A stretch of DNA of 64,000 nt from NCBI GenBank assembly GCA_963675595.2, contig CAXXLZ010000003.1, positions 160,001-224,000 of the forward strand. Direction: 5' to 3'. The notes below the pieces were generated by a model. That model ran no database searches. It saw only the letters and a program-made list of their open reading frames with translations, and was not told where the DNA came from. The stretch comes from Thermodesulfobacteriota bacterium. GTDB taxonomy: Bacteria > Desulfobacterota > Desulfarculia > JACQYL01. The position numbers and the translations under genes are program-made. Shown in pieces: positions 47,780 through 58,505 of the stretch (position 1 is its first letter; each line of letters opens with the position of its first letter).

Positions 47780-49594
47780 ATGAAAAAATATCGTCCTCTT
47801 TTTCTATCGGCTTTCGTAATGGTCATTGTCATCGCGTCTCAAGTCTCGTGGGGAGCGAGCCGGCTCGAGCAAGGTCGAACAGGCGTAATCATGGAGGTTT
47901 ACAATCCCACCGGAGCCGTCCAAGTCAAACTCCTTCATGCACCGCGCATGCGAGAGCTTGAGAATATGACGATCTGCGAGTTGTCCGACCATATGTGGGA
48001 GTCCCATAGAACGTTTCCCGTGCTCAGGGAACTGTTGAACCGGCGATTTCCCAAGGCGACCGTCGTGCCGTACAATGAACTTCCGAATGCCTACGGCGTT
48101 GACTCGGCATCGCTTGAGAAGATGATTCGTGAGAAAGGATGTGACGGGGTCATCGTCGGCAATGCGGCTTGAGGGTCCTGTTCCGTAGAATGCGGCCGGG
48201 CTGCCGCAATCATTGAGAAGATGGGAATTCCCACCGTTATTATCACCCGTGAGGGGTTTGACGGTGTGGTAGAGAATGCATTCTCCAGCAAAGGGTTCTC
48301 CATGGAGGCCGCCCATGTGGTCTATCCCTCCAACATGTTCCTCCCGGGAAGCGAGCTGGATCCCTTGGCATCGAGCTTGGACCGGCTGGTCGCCGGTATC
48401 ACCTCGTGGGAACCGGAAGTCAAACGGCAAACCATTTTCACTCCGGAGCATATTACGGTTCTGGGCGAGGATCGTGAAGATGCCGCCGAGAGGATCAATG
48501 AACGTTTCCTGCAGGAGATGTGGGCGGATGGGCTCCCCATCGTGCCACCCACCAAAGAACGGGTCGAATGGATGATGACCGGAACGGATCTTCCTCCCGA
48601 CGCGGTGATCGGCGAAATTCTGCCCAGAGGAGGCATCGCTACGGTGGAGACACTTGCGGTCAACCTTGTGATGGCCGGAGGGCGTCCCGAGTACATGCCG
48701 GTATTTCTCGCAGCGGTGGAGGCCATCGTGAACCCCAAATTGAGACACCAACGAATGAATACGACCACCAATTCCACTTATCCCGTGGTGATCGTCAACG
48801 GGCCCGTGGCGAAACAAATTCCTCTGAACTCCGGCTATGGGTGTCTTGGTCCCGACCCGCTTCATTTCGCCGGGGCCTCCATCGGTCGAGCCATTCGGTT
48901 CGTGTTGATGAATGTGGGCGGGGCCATGCCCGGAAAGACCAGCATGGCCATCTACGGCGGACCAGCCAGGTACACCGGCCTTGTATTTGCCGAAGACGAA
49001 GCGGGGATTCCGGCGGACTGGAGTTCCTTGGGCGAAGAACAGGGGTATTCACGGGACCGTAATGTTGTGACGGTGTATGCAGTATCCGGTACCACCAACA
49101 TCCCGGGCGGCGAGACGGGCACCGACAAGGCGGTTCTCGCTTCTCTCAATCGGGCGGCGGGATGCATGGGAATACCCGTCGGCAATTACTGGTTCATGAC
49201 GTATCACCCGAAGGGTACTGCGGGCATTCTTCTCATGGCCCGGGGAACGGCACAGGGCCTGTCCGCCGGAGGGTGGTCCAAGGAGGCGGTCAAGAGATAT
49301 CTGTGGGAACACTCAAAAGTGCCTGCAGCCGAACTGGGGCCGCGGATCGAGGCGTGGTGGATGCCCGATGAAGATATTCTTCAGGATCCCATGCCCATCA
49401 GCATGTTTCCGGATGGTATCAGAATAGTCGTGGCGGGTGGAGACCAGTCCGGACACATGATGTGGCTTCAGGTGGGGTGTTGTCCGGAAGAGCTCACCAG
49501 CGCCGAAGTTCGCCTCCCGAAGGCGTGGGATGAACTATTGAAGCAGGCGAAAGGCTGTTTGGGTGCGTGCGCCGCGCATCCGAACAGCCATTGA
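47780..49594 (+). CDS. UGSC-family selenoprotein, 604 aa, Sec131, with signal peptide and fused DGLP-type domain
   Basis: ORFs 47525-48172 and 48221-49594 share a frame; TGA 48170-48172 gives GNAA-U-GSCS; hairpin follows; GGAG SD before ATG 47780; selB present in window. Confidence 0.88.
48173..48210 (+). promoter_or_regulatory. Candidate bacterial SECIS element
   Basis: TGCGGC-CGGGCT-GCCGCA hairpin (48191-48208) with G-containing loop ~25 nt after UGA. Confidence 0.7.
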
Positions 49595-49735
49595 ACGCCT
49601 GTCCACTGTGCCCCGACCGGTACACCAAAGGACTACATCCGATTGTGAGCGGTCGGGGCTTTTCCAAGGGTCGTGCGGCGTTAGATCAACCGGTGTCCGG
49701 AAAGCCGTAAGGCCGTCCAAATAGCCCTTCGGCTC

Positions 49736-50644
49736 TTAGCCGGTTCCGGATTCCGCCGGCTGCTTGAATACCGTTGGATACGATTCTCGCAGATATTCTT
49801 CCAAGGCTTCAGCCCATGGACGCAGGGAGTCCGCCTTGGTGTTCAGCAATACGGAGAACTTGGGCCTGGCGGCCGGGCGGGGGAACTCTTCGCCGGCGAC
49901 CGGTTCCACACGAATTTTGACCCCGGCCAGTTCGAACAGCTTGATCGCAGCCGAATACCATGTGCAATAGCCCTGGTTACATAGGTGGTAGATTCCCGAT
50001 GGTTTGTGGGATTCCAGCAGGTCTCGCGTCGCTCGGGCCAGGTCGGGCGTATAGGTGAAACAAGCGGTTTCTTCATTCACCACCTTGAGAACCGAACGCC
50101 GGAGACTGAGTTCCAGCATGGTTTCGAAAAAATCCTTCTTGGCGTTCGGGCTGGGAGCCTGAGGGCCGAAGAGCTTCGAAGTGCGTATGAGATAAAAGCG
50201 GAGCCCTTTTTCGCGTCGATCAAGCACCTCCTTCTCTCCGTGGAGCTTGGAAGCACCGTATCTGTTGATGGGGTGGGGGAGGTCCGTTTCCCGGTATCCT
50301 TCTGAATGGTCTCCCGTGAATACGTAGTCCGTGGAATAATGAACGAACAAGGCTCGCGTCCGCAACGCCGCTTCGGCGAGGTATCCCACACCGACCCCAT
50401 TGACCCGCTCGGCCAGTTCGTATTCAGAATCGTCTTGTTCGCAAAGGTCGACTGAATTGTAGGCCGACGCGTTGATCAGTATGTCCGGAGTTAGTTCCGT
50501 AATCAGGGCGAGCACTTGATCTTTGCGAGTGATGTCCAGCTCCGTCCGGGACAGGGCGATGACCTCGTTTCCCTCCCACTCGCTGAACAGTTTCACCAAC
50601 TGTTGACCTAAATTGCCCCGGGGTCCGACGACCGCGATCTTCAT
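49736..50644 (-). CDS. rfbD: dTDP-4-dehydrorhamnose reductase
   Basis: GPRGNLG, STDYVF.G, YGASKL.GE, RPAARP..S.L. Confidence 0.9.
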   Translation of the reverse strand: MKIAVVGPRGNLGQQLVKLFSEWEGNEVIALSRTELDITRKDQVLALITELTPDILINASAYNSVDLCEQDDSEYELAERVNGVGVGYLAEAALRTRALFVHYSTDYVFTGDHSEGYRETDLPHPINRYGASKLHGEKEVLDRREKGLRFYLIRTSKLFGPQAPSPNAKKDFFETMLELSLRRSVLKVVNEETACFTYTPDLARATRDLLESHKPSGIYHLCNQGYCTWYSAAIKLFELAGVKIRVEPVAGEEFPRPAARPKFSVLLNTKADSLRPWAEALEEYLRESYPTVFKQPAESGTG

Positions 50645-50807
50645 GATGATTCCTCGTGCTTGGATTCGGGAGCCGACATAGGTTCGTCAACGGCGAGTTT
50701 CACCGATACCGAGGCGGGTCCAAACCGTTTGGGAAACGATAGACCGAGCCCTGCAGGCCGGCTCGCAGCTTCGTTTCAAGCGCTTGCGTTGCCGTGCGGT
50801 GTATCGC

Positions 50808-51713
50808 CTAAGCGCAGCGCACCCTGCACACGGTGCGGTTTCTTCCCGCGTTCTTTGCCTCGTAGAGAGCCTGATCAGCCATTTGTACCAGAAGGGAGGG
50901 ATCGGAATCATCGTCCGGGATGATGCTTGCCACTCCCAAACTGACGGTAACGGCCGAATGCACCCCGGAACGCTCATGGGGGATGTTCAGACCCATGGTC
51001 CTTTCGCGGATAAGTTCAGCCAAATGCCGGGCCCCTTCCAAGGGCGTATTGGGCAGGACAACGGCGAATTCTTCTCCTCCGTATCTTGCGGTGAGATCGC
51101 CGGGCCGTTTGACGCTTTCCGCGATGGCGCGCGCCAAGGACCTCAGGCAGTCATCTCCCGCTTGATGTCCGTAGAAGTCGTTGAAACGCTTGAAATGGTC
51201 CACATCGATGAGGATCAAAGACAGCGGTTGCTTTTCTCTCTTCAGGCGTTTCCATGCCTGGAGCAGGGTTTCGTCGAAAAGTCTTCGGGTGGCCACCCGG
51301 GTCAGCCCGTCGAAATCGGCGAGCAGTTGGAGTTCGTGATTCGCGGCCTGGAGAGCTTCCTCCGCACGCTTCCTCTCTTGGATTTCCTTTTCCAGGAGTT
51401 CGTTCTTGGTTTCGAGCTCGGCGGTGCGTTCTTCGACTTTGGTCTCGAGAACGGCGGAGTCCTGTAGGAGCTGCTTGTGGGCGCGTTCCAATTCCTCGAG
51501 CGTCTGTTCCAAGCGAAACTCTCTGGCTTCGAGTCTTACCATCATCATACCGAAGGACTCGGCCAAATCCGAAAGAGTGTCGGGATAGACGCCCTTCTTG
51601 GTGAGTTCGAATAATTCCTCTACAGCCGCCTTGTCGTACTTTCGGTGCGAAATCTCGTGGCAGAGGTTTTTCAGCTTGGCAATCAGGTCGTCCAGCGTCT
51701 GCCGATTTTTCAT
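50808..51713 (-). CDS. Diguanylate cyclase with HAMP-like/coiled-coil N-terminus
   Basis: DGLT, DVDHFK.FND.YGH..GD, RPGD I-site, RYGGEEF. Confidence 0.92.
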   Translation of the reverse strand: MKNRQTLDDLIAKLKNLCHEISHRKYDKAAVEELFELTKKGVYPDTLSDLAESFGMMMVRLEAREFRLEQTLEELERAHKQLLQDSAVLETKVEERTAELETKNELLEKEIQERKRAEEALQAANHELQLLADFDGLTRVATRRLFDETLLQAWKRLKREKQPLSLILIDVDHFKRFNDFYGHQAGDDCLRSLARAIAESVKRPGDLTARYGGEEFAVVLPNTPLEGARHLAELIRERTMGLNIPHERSGVHSAVTVSLGVASIIPDDDSDPSLLVQMADQALYEAKNAGRNRTVCRVRCA

Positions 51714-51828
51714 ATGAAGAACCCACGATCTGGTGGTTGTTCTGGAGCCCACTTGTTTCACCTTGCACCGAAGCTTGAGAAAGGAACCCTGATTCTTCGT
51801 GCCGACATGTTTTCGGTTCAGGTCGGTT

Positions 51829-53358
51829 TCAGGAGGCCTGCGGCAGCCGGCAGGAGTCGATGGTCGGATCAAAAGGTTCGGGAGCCAGAGTAACGGGTCG
51901 TGCCGTCTTTCGTGCGATGGCTCGGAGTGACCCTCGGTACATGTGCTGATGGATCGGATAGAGTACATACCAATAGGCGAGTCCTGAAAGACCCCTGGGC
52001 AGGAACCTTCCGATCTGGCGGAGTTCGGTCTCATTCTCCGACACCGGTTCGATTTGAAATTCCAGGACCGCTTCTCCCGGTGCTTCCATCTCGCCGAAGA
52101 GCACCAAACGGTGCGGGGGATCCATTTGGATGACGCGCCAGAAGTCAAGAGCATCTCCCGTATACAGCTCCGCGGGGTGGCGGCGGCTCCTTTGGCGTCC
52201 CACTCCGCCGAACAGCACGTTGAGCCAACCTCTAAGAGTCCAAAGACGGTCCGCAAAATACCACCCGGAAGGGCCTCCGATCCTGCGGATCGGCTCCCAG
52301 ACTTGTTCCGGGGAGGCTTTTAGGCGAGTTCGATAAGCACAACGCAGGATGGTTCCTCCGGCGTAAGGGGCATCACCGCACTGGACCCATTCGGGGGGCG
52401 CGACGGAGCCTGCGTCCGACCAACAGGTTTCCACACTCTGGCTCCGGATCTTTTCCAAGGCCGTTCTCATGGCTTCCCGAGGCGTGAGCAAGGTTTGAGG
52501 AATGATCTCTTGAATGCGATTGTCACTGCAAACCATGGGATTCTTTAGGCTTTCGGCCAGGGGACCGGCGATGGATGCGGGGAGCGGTGTGATGAGATGA
52601 ATCCAATACGAACTGAGCTCTATGGAGAAGAAGGGGACAGGAATTATGACTCTCTTGGGTAGGTGGGCTTCCTCTACGTATATGTCCATCAACTCTCGAT
52701 AGGTCAGAATCTGAGGCCCGCCGATGTCGAAAGTTTCGCCTGCCGTTTGCGGATGCTCCAGACAACCGATCAGGTAGTGCAGTACGTTGCTGACCGCTAT
52801 GGGCTGGCAGGGAGTGGCCACCCAACGCGGGGTGATCATTATTGGAAGACGATCCATGAGGTAACGTAAAATCTCGAAGGAAGCTCCGCCCGATCCCAGA
52901 ACAACGGCGGCTCGCAGGAATGTGACGGGGACCGAACCGGACTCGAGGATGTGGGCAACCTCGAATCTAGATCTCAGGTGTTTACTTAATCGGGCGCCTT
53001 CGTCTCCAAGTCCTCCCAGGTAGATGATTCGTTCGACGCCTCCCTTTTCCGCAGCCTGAACCATGTTTTGAGCGGCCTTTCTATCGGATCGGGCAAAGTC
53101 GCCGCTCCCTCGGACCATCGAGTGCACCAGGTAGTAGACCGCGAAACAGCCGTCCGCAGCCCTCGTCACGGAATCCGGGTCCAGCATATCCCCTTGTACG
53201 ATTTCGAGGTTTGCGTTGGCCGCCCAGGGCCGGCAACTCAACTTGGCTTTGGATCGCGCGAGGACCCTTACTCGATAGCCCGCCTCAAGCAGACGGGGCG
53301 CCAAGCGTCCTCCGATATAACCGGTCGCGCCGGTGACCAGTATGGGTTTCCGGGTCAT
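51829..53358 (-). CDS. NAD(P)-binding SDR-like protein with DUF2867 (YbjT-like)
   Basis: TGATGYIGG, YYLVHSM, GSGGASFE, IGG..GWY, DFWRV. Confidence 0.88.
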   Translation of the reverse strand: MTRKPILVTGATGYIGGRLAPRLLEAGYRVRVLARSKAKLSCRPWAANANLEIVQGDMLDPDSVTRAADGCFAVYYLVHSMVRGSGDFARSDRKAAQNMVQAAEKGGVERIIYLGGLGDEGARLSKHLRSRFEVAHILESGSVPVTFLRAAVVLGSGGASFEILRYLMDRLPIMITPRWVATPCQPIAVSNVLHYLIGCLEHPQTAGETFDIGGPQILTYRELMDIYVEEAHLPKRVIIPVPFFSIELSSYWIHLITPLPASIAGPLAESLKNPMVCSDNRIQEIIPQTLLTPREAMRTALEKIRSQSVETCWSDAGSVAPPEWVQCGDAPYAGGTILRCAYRTRLKASPEQVWEPIRRIGGPSGWYFADRLWTLRGWLNVLFGGVGRQRSRRHPAELYTGDALDFWRVIQMDPPHRLVLFGEMEAPGEAVLEFQIEPVSENETELRQIGRFLPRGLSGLAYWYVLYPIHQHMYRGSLRAIARKTARPVTLAPEPFDPTIDSCRLPQAS

Positions 53359-53444
53359 ATACGTGTTTCCTTTTCCTCGCGTCGTTTTCGGCGAACGCTT
53401 TCCGTGTTTGCGAAGGGATGCCGTCGGCTGCCGGCTTTCGACGG

Positions 53445-54392
53445 TCAGACGTGATTCCTAAGCTGCAATTCGACGGGATGCGGATTGAGATAATACTGGC
53501 TTTTCAAATACGGCTCATCATATTTTCGCACGTAGTGGTTGATCAAGGTGACGGGGACCACCAGCGGGACGTAGGAAGAATGGTAATGTTCTATAACGTC
53601 CAAGAGCTCTCTTTTCTCGTCGGGAGAGAGGTGTTTCTTGAAGTAGCCCATGATGTGGTGAAGTACGTTAACGTTCTTCTTCACCGAGGCTTTCAGACGC
53701 ATGGCTTCGATGAGGAGCTCCTGATAATCGGTAATGACCTCATCGAAGGGGCGGTCTTTGGCGCCGGCCACGATCTTGCCCATGGCGGACAGATGCTTGG
53801 GGCTGTGGGCCATGATCAGGTATTTGTGCCTCGTATGAAAGTCCACCAAGTGTTTGACTTCACGGCCCTTCTTCAGCGAATCCCGCCAATTCCAGTAGAT
53901 GAAGACGCGTTCGATGAAATTTTCCCTCAAACCGGGATCGTGAAGCCTTCCTTCCTCTTCCACGGGCAATAGCGGGAAATGATCCATGAAAGCCCGGGCG
54001 AACAGACCTACGCCGTTCTTGGCGGGAATTCCCCTGTCCGAGTAAACCCGAACACGTTCCATACCGGAACTGGGAGAGTCTTTCTTGAACACAAACCCGC
54101 AAAGCTCCTCCCCCTCCAACTCCTTTACCCTTCCGGCGGCCCAGTTCAGCATTCGATCCGTCATATCCGTTTTGGTCCGGGAAGTGACCAGGCGGGGGCG
54201 TTTGGTATCTCCTTCGAGTCGCATGGACTCCCTGGGCACTCCAAAACCGCACTCCACTTCCGGACAGACCGGCAGGTAGGTCACATAGCGTCCGAGGGTA
54301 TCCCTTAGAAAACGATCCAGGGCGTGCCCGCCGTTGTAACGGACGTTCTCCCCCAGAAGACATTTGCTGATGCCCAATTTGATCTTTTCCAA
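53445..54392 (-). CDS. DUF523 + DUF1722 (YbgA-like) protein
   Basis: SKCLLGENVRYNGGH, CPEVE.G.GVPRE, SPSSG, EEEGRL, FHTRHK; GGAGG before TTG. Confidence 0.9.
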   Translation of the reverse strand: MEKIKLGISKCLLGENVRYNGGHALDRFLRDTLGRYVTYLPVCPEVECGFGVPRESMRLEGDTKRPRLVTSRTKTDMTDRMLNWAAGRVKELEGEELCGFVFKKDSPSSGMERVRVYSDRGIPAKNGVGLFARAFMDHFPLLPVEEEGRLHDPGLRENFIERVFIYWNWRDSLKKGREVKHLVDFHTRHKYLIMAHSPKHLSAMGKIVAGAKDRPFDEVITDYQELLIEAMRLKASVKKNVNVLHHIMGYFKKHLSPDEKRELLDVIEHYHSSYVPLVVPVTLINHYVRKYDEPYLKSQYYLNPHPVELQLRNHV

Positions 54393-54494
54393 AGAGCGGC
54401 CTCCTCTCGTTTTTGCTCGCTTCACGGTCCGGGGGGCCTTGCGTTCCACACTCGGAATGGGTGGTCCGTCGCGTCCAAGCCCTCGATACCGACT

Positions 54495-56399
54495 TCAGCG
54501 CCGGGTGCGGAGGACTCTTTTTTCGCCGATTCGAATAGTGATTTGCATACGGTCGAAATATTCGAGCAGAGGAATGGTATATTTCCTCGACGCCCCCGTC
54601 ATGTCTTTGAATTCCTGGGTATTGATTTCCCCTTTTTCCGTAAGATGGTCGATCAGCTTTTGTTGCAGTTGGTCGAGAGGCTGCACGTGAAAGTACAGAT
54701 CCTCCTTGACTTTCACCAACGTTTTTTCCTTTACCAAGTGCGTGAGCACCTCCTTCATGATCTTGGGAGGAATCGCGTCCTGCAGCTCTTTGAAATAGGG
54801 CGGTGTTAGACCGGCTTTGAAGTAGGTGTCCTCAAGACGCAAGCGGAATTCGTCTTCCTCCTGCTTCAGATGGACTTGGTGAGAGGAAAGGTGGACGGCA
54901 TCCTGTTCAACTTGGATCGTGCCCTCTTTCGACAACGCGCCGATGAGCGAGTTGAACAAGCGGGTGTCCATATGGGGGACCTGAGACTTGAGTTCCTGCC
55001 GGTTGATTCCGACTCGAAGAGGGAACTTCCGATGGTATTCATCCAGCAATCCGGTAAGTTTTTCCACCAGTGCTTCGAACTCGCGGGCATGCACATAAAG
55101 GGGCGGCTCCTTCGAATACTGAATGACCTCGCGGTCCGTTTGGAGCTGTTGCAGGGAGGCTTCAAGTATTTTCTTCGTATAAGGAGTCGTTCGAGCAAGA
55201 TCGTCCCTGGACAGCCCGTTCATCCCGGCCTGATGGACGAGAGCGGCGATCAGCTCGCCCGACGTGCCGTCTTTGAACACTCTTAACCGTTGTATCACGT
55301 CTTCGCGGTTTCGCTTGTGGCGAGGAGGTGCGGAGGCGAGAATCTCGCCGCCGCCGATCGTGTGGATCGGGGAATAGGACCTGATGACGTAGCGATCGTG
55401 AGGAAGTAACGCCGTGGGGGCTTGTAGGAGGAATTGGGCAAAAACGGCTTCACCCGGTTTGGCTTCGTCCCTGTCGAGCAGCTTGACCGTGGCGAGGATT
55501 TCGGATGTCCCGGTATGAAAACGGACTCTGGTTCGATGCTTCAGGGGGCGAGCCATGCTTTTCAGAAGTTGTAGATATACATCCACCTGCCTCGTGACCA
55601 CCAGCGAATCAGCATTTGCGAGGATATCGCCGCGGTCGATGGTTTCCTTCTCGATCCCCTGAAGATTGATGGCCGTTCGTAGCCCGGCCGACGCAACTTC
55701 CACCTCGTGGCCGTGGACCTGCAAGCCACGGATCTTGGTTTCCACGCCTTTGGGATAAATGGCTACCGGTTCTCCCAAGGCGATGGTGCCGCTTATGGAA
55801 GTACCGGTCACGACCGTACCGAATCCTTTCATCGTGAAAACGCGGTCTATGGGAAGTCTGTACACGCCGGTCTGCTTCTTCTCCGCAACCTCGGACGCAA
55901 GTTTGTCCAATTCCTGCTTGAGTTCGTCCAAACCCGAGCCGGTAACGGCGGAAACGGGGATCACCGGAGCGTTTTCCAGAAATGAGCCTTCAAGGAAGGC
56001 CTCGACGTCTTCCGTAACGAGATCAAGCCAGTCTTCGTCCACCATGTCCACCTTGGTCAAGGCGACCAATCCCGTCTTAACCTGCAACAGCTGGCAGATT
56101 TCCATATGTTCTCTGGTTTGAGGCATGACGCCTTCATCAGCGGCGATGACCAGCGCCACCATATCCACCGTGGCCGCACCAGCCACCATGTTCTTCACAA
56201 ACCTCTCATGTCCGGGCACGTCGATGATTCCGAGGAGCTGTCCCGAGGGCAACGTGAGGTTGGCAAACCCGAGTTCGATGGTGATTCCCCGGAGTTTTTC
56301 CTCCTTCAACCGGTCCGTGTCGATACCCGTGAGGGCCTTGATGAGTGAAGTCTTCCCGTGGTCGATGTGGCCGGCGGTGCCCAAAACGATGTGTTTCAT
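54495..56399 (-). CDS. selB: Selenocysteine-specific elongation factor SelB
   Basis: [27 protein letters not shown]; C-terminal winged helix [13 protein letters not shown]. Confidence 0.97.
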   Translation of the reverse strand: MKHIVLGTAGHIDHGKTSLIKALTGIDTDRLKEEKLRGITIELGFANLTLPSGQLLGIIDVPGHERFVKNMVAGAATVDMVALVIAADEGVMPQTREHMEICQLLQVKTGLVALTKVDMVDEDWLDLVTEDVEAFLEGSFLENAPVIPVSAVTGSGLDELKQELDKLASEVAEKKQTGVYRLPIDRVFTMKGFGTVVTGTSISGTIALGEPVAIYPKGVETKIRGLQVHGHEVEVASAGLRTAINLQGIEKETIDRGDILANADSLVVTRQVDVYLQLLKSMARPLKHRTRVRFHTGTSEILATVKLLDRDEAKPGEAVFAQFLLQAPTALLPHDRYVIRSYSPIHTIGGGEILASAPPRHKRNREDVIQRLRVFKDGTSGELIAALVHQAGMNGLSRDDLARTTPYTKKILEASLQQLQTDREVIQYSKEPPLYVHAREFEALVEKLTGLLDEYHRKFPLRVGINRQELKSQVPHMDTRLFNSLIGALSKEGTIQVEQDAVHLSSHQVHLKQEEDEFRLRLEDTYFKAGLTPPYFKELQDAIPPKIMKEVLTHLVKEKTLVKVKEDLYFHVQPLDQLQQKLIDHLTEKGEINTQEFKDMTGASRKYTIPLLEYFDRMQITIRIGEKRVLRTRR

Positions 56400-56642
56400 A
56401 ACTCAGGAGGTCTCCTCGACGGATAGAAGGTGGCCGTGCTTTAGGCTGAAATGAAATTATATAGCGCCCGAGACGTTGTTATGCAAGCCGGCCTTTAGCG
56501 GTATGACGAACAGATGCTTTCCTACAGAGCTATCCGTGATGTAGCGGTAGTCATCGAAGCCGTAGATGGAAATTCGGCTTTACACTTTGAGCCGGATCGG
56601 GTATAAGTCCCGAACATCTTGCCAGAACAAGAGGACGTATCC

Positions 56643-58205
56643 ATGGCGGAACGAACCGGTTCGAGGAAAGGGAAGGGAAGAAAGAACGTCAATTTTGATG
56701 AACGGGAGAAGAAGGGCATCCTGGAGACGGTGGCCAAGTCCGATAAACCCGTTGCCCAGATTCTTCAGGAACTAGGTATTTCCCGTTCCACCTACTATAA
56801 TTGGCTGAAGCGTTTTGAAGAAGAAGGTGAAGAAGGTCTTAAAGACAAGCGGGATTCCGAAGTAAGGCGCGGGTCCGAAGACCTGGAGGCAATATCCGCG
56901 CTCGAGGGACCCGAAAGCGCAACGAGGCCTTCACCCTATGCCGATGAGGCGGCCCCCGAACCGCCTTCCGTTTTCATTGAAGTGCCCAAAGAGAAGACCA
57001 CCGATCGGGAAATTGAGCCCTCCCACGTGACGGTGCCAAGCGAAAGAACCCCGTCGCCGTATGCGGCCGACTCATGCCCCGAACTCCCGGCACCTCCGCT
57101 GGTAATCGACCGTCCGGCGGCATCGTATGCGACTGTGGCGGAAGCTTCCGCTCATGCGGGAGCGGTTAAGACTGAACGGGTCGCCGTAGAGCCCGGAGAA
57201 TCGGACGAACCTCAAGAGGTGAAACCGGTTCCGTCGGGAATCACGGAAACCGGTGCCCCGGAATCGCTACGAGAGCCGGAAGAGTCGGAGATGGAGAGTG
57301 GAATTCCGGGAAAAGCAGCGGTGCAACCCGATGCAACCGTCGAATCGATCAAGGAGGAAACCATTGTGAGCGACCAACCCCAGCAACCGGTATCCGGGCA
57401 AGTACCCCCGGGGAAAATCGGTAAGGGTTCGAGAACGACCCCTACCTTCTATTTTCTTATTGCCATTGTCATCGGCATCACCGGTATCGTGCTTACTCTT
57501 TCCATGTACAATGCGGCAGGTTATTTCTTTCAACAGGAAGATGGAAAACTCGCCTTGTGGAAAGGTCGCTTCGCACCGTTCGGGACGGAAAGAGTCGACG
57601 GCTTCAAGCCCTTGGACACGGGCCTCGTTGATGCGACCCCGGTTCTTGAAAAGAGGTTCCATGGAGAGTGGGACGCGTTGAACTCACTTTTCATGCTCAT
57701 ACTGACCAAGGCCGATTCCATGCTGAGCGGCGCGGATGAACCGGACTATGGAGCGGCGAACGCCTATTTGAGTCTTGCGGAGAGCATTGCCGCCAACGGT
57801 GGTGAAGACAGCCCCCAGAGCCTGATGATGCAGTACCACTTGGTTGACAAGCGTATTGGACAGACCGAGAAACGCCTGGGCGGTCTTTATGCTGAAAAGG
57901 AGAATATTCTCGGGCGGCTGCACGCTCCGGGCAGTAGTATGACGCGCACCGAGGTCGAAAGCGAGTTGAGTCGAGTCTCCGGGAAGCGGAAAGAACTTGC
58001 TCGGTGGATGTCCAGTCCGGTGGAAGACGGTTCCGAGGCGCAGGTAGATAGGACCGGACCGGCGGCGGCTCAAGGTGAGCGAGCCAAGTCTGGAAAACCT
58101 TCGGGCAAGATGTTCCAGCCGGCGATTACACCGGCTCTTGAAAAGGAAACGGCGCTTTCGGGAAAAGGCAAGACCGGAGTTTCGGAATCCGGAAAGGAGA
58201 AATAG
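56643..58205 (+). CDS. Bitopic membrane protein: transposase-like HTH, acidic Pro/Glu linker, TM, extracytoplasmic domain
   Basis: VAQILQELGISRSTYYNWLKRFEEEGEEGL HTH; low-complexity linker; TM FYFLIAIVIGITGIVLTL; no DDE domain. Confidence 0.75.
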   Translation: MAERTGSRKGKGRKNVNFDEREKKGILETVAKSDKPVAQILQELGISRSTYYNWLKRFEEEGEEGLKDKRDSEVRRGSEDLEAISALEGPESATRPSPYADEAAPEPPSVFIEVPKEKTTDREIEPSHVTVPSERTPSPYAADSCPELPAPPLVIDRPAASYATVAEASAHAGAVKTERVAVEPGESDEPQEVKPVPSGITETGAPESLREPEESEMESGIPGKAAVQPDATVESIKEETIVSDQPQQPVSGQVPPGKIGKGSRTTPTFYFLIAIVIGITGIVLTLSMYNAAGYFFQQEDGKLALWKGRFAPFGTERVDGFKPLDTGLVDATPVLEKRFHGEWDALNSLFMLILTKADSMLSGADEPDYGAANAYLSLAESIAANGGEDSPQSLMMQYHLVDKRIGQTEKRLGGLYAEKENILGRLHAPGSSMTRTEVESELSRVSGKRKELARWMSSPVEDGSEAQVDRTGPAAAQGERAKSGKPSGKMFQPAITPALEKETALSGKGKTGVSESGKEK

Positions 58206-58505
58206 GCTTTTCCAGGCGGCTAAGGGGCTGTGCACACGGATGACGCCCCTCTCAAACACCGATCGTTTTCCCGACTTCTATTAGCCACGGAACCTCCTTG
58301 AGCGTTTCAGTGGCTAATTTTGTTTTACTCTCACGCGTTCGGCGGCGGGCCATACATAGGCTTGACCGCGCAAATGAAGCGACCCGAGCTTAGGGCGGGG
58401 ACGCGTCCAATAATGGTCTCGTATTCGCTTCGGGACCTTTTCATCGGAGCCGGGACCTCTCGTGCGGGGAAGGCTTCCGATCGTATAATTCTGGAGGAGA
58501 AGGCT

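Noticed and set aside
51714-52256. N-terminal extension of the diguanylate cyclase in the ORF track
   Set aside because: Overlaps the DUF2867 gene in another frame; the plausible start is ATG 51713
53404-53424. Sigma-54-like site upstream of the DUF2867 gene
   Set aside because: GG-to-GC spacing is one base short of -24/-12
56643-56860. IS element at the HTH of the membrane protein
   Set aside because: No catalytic domain, IRs or target duplication seen; frame continues into a membrane protein
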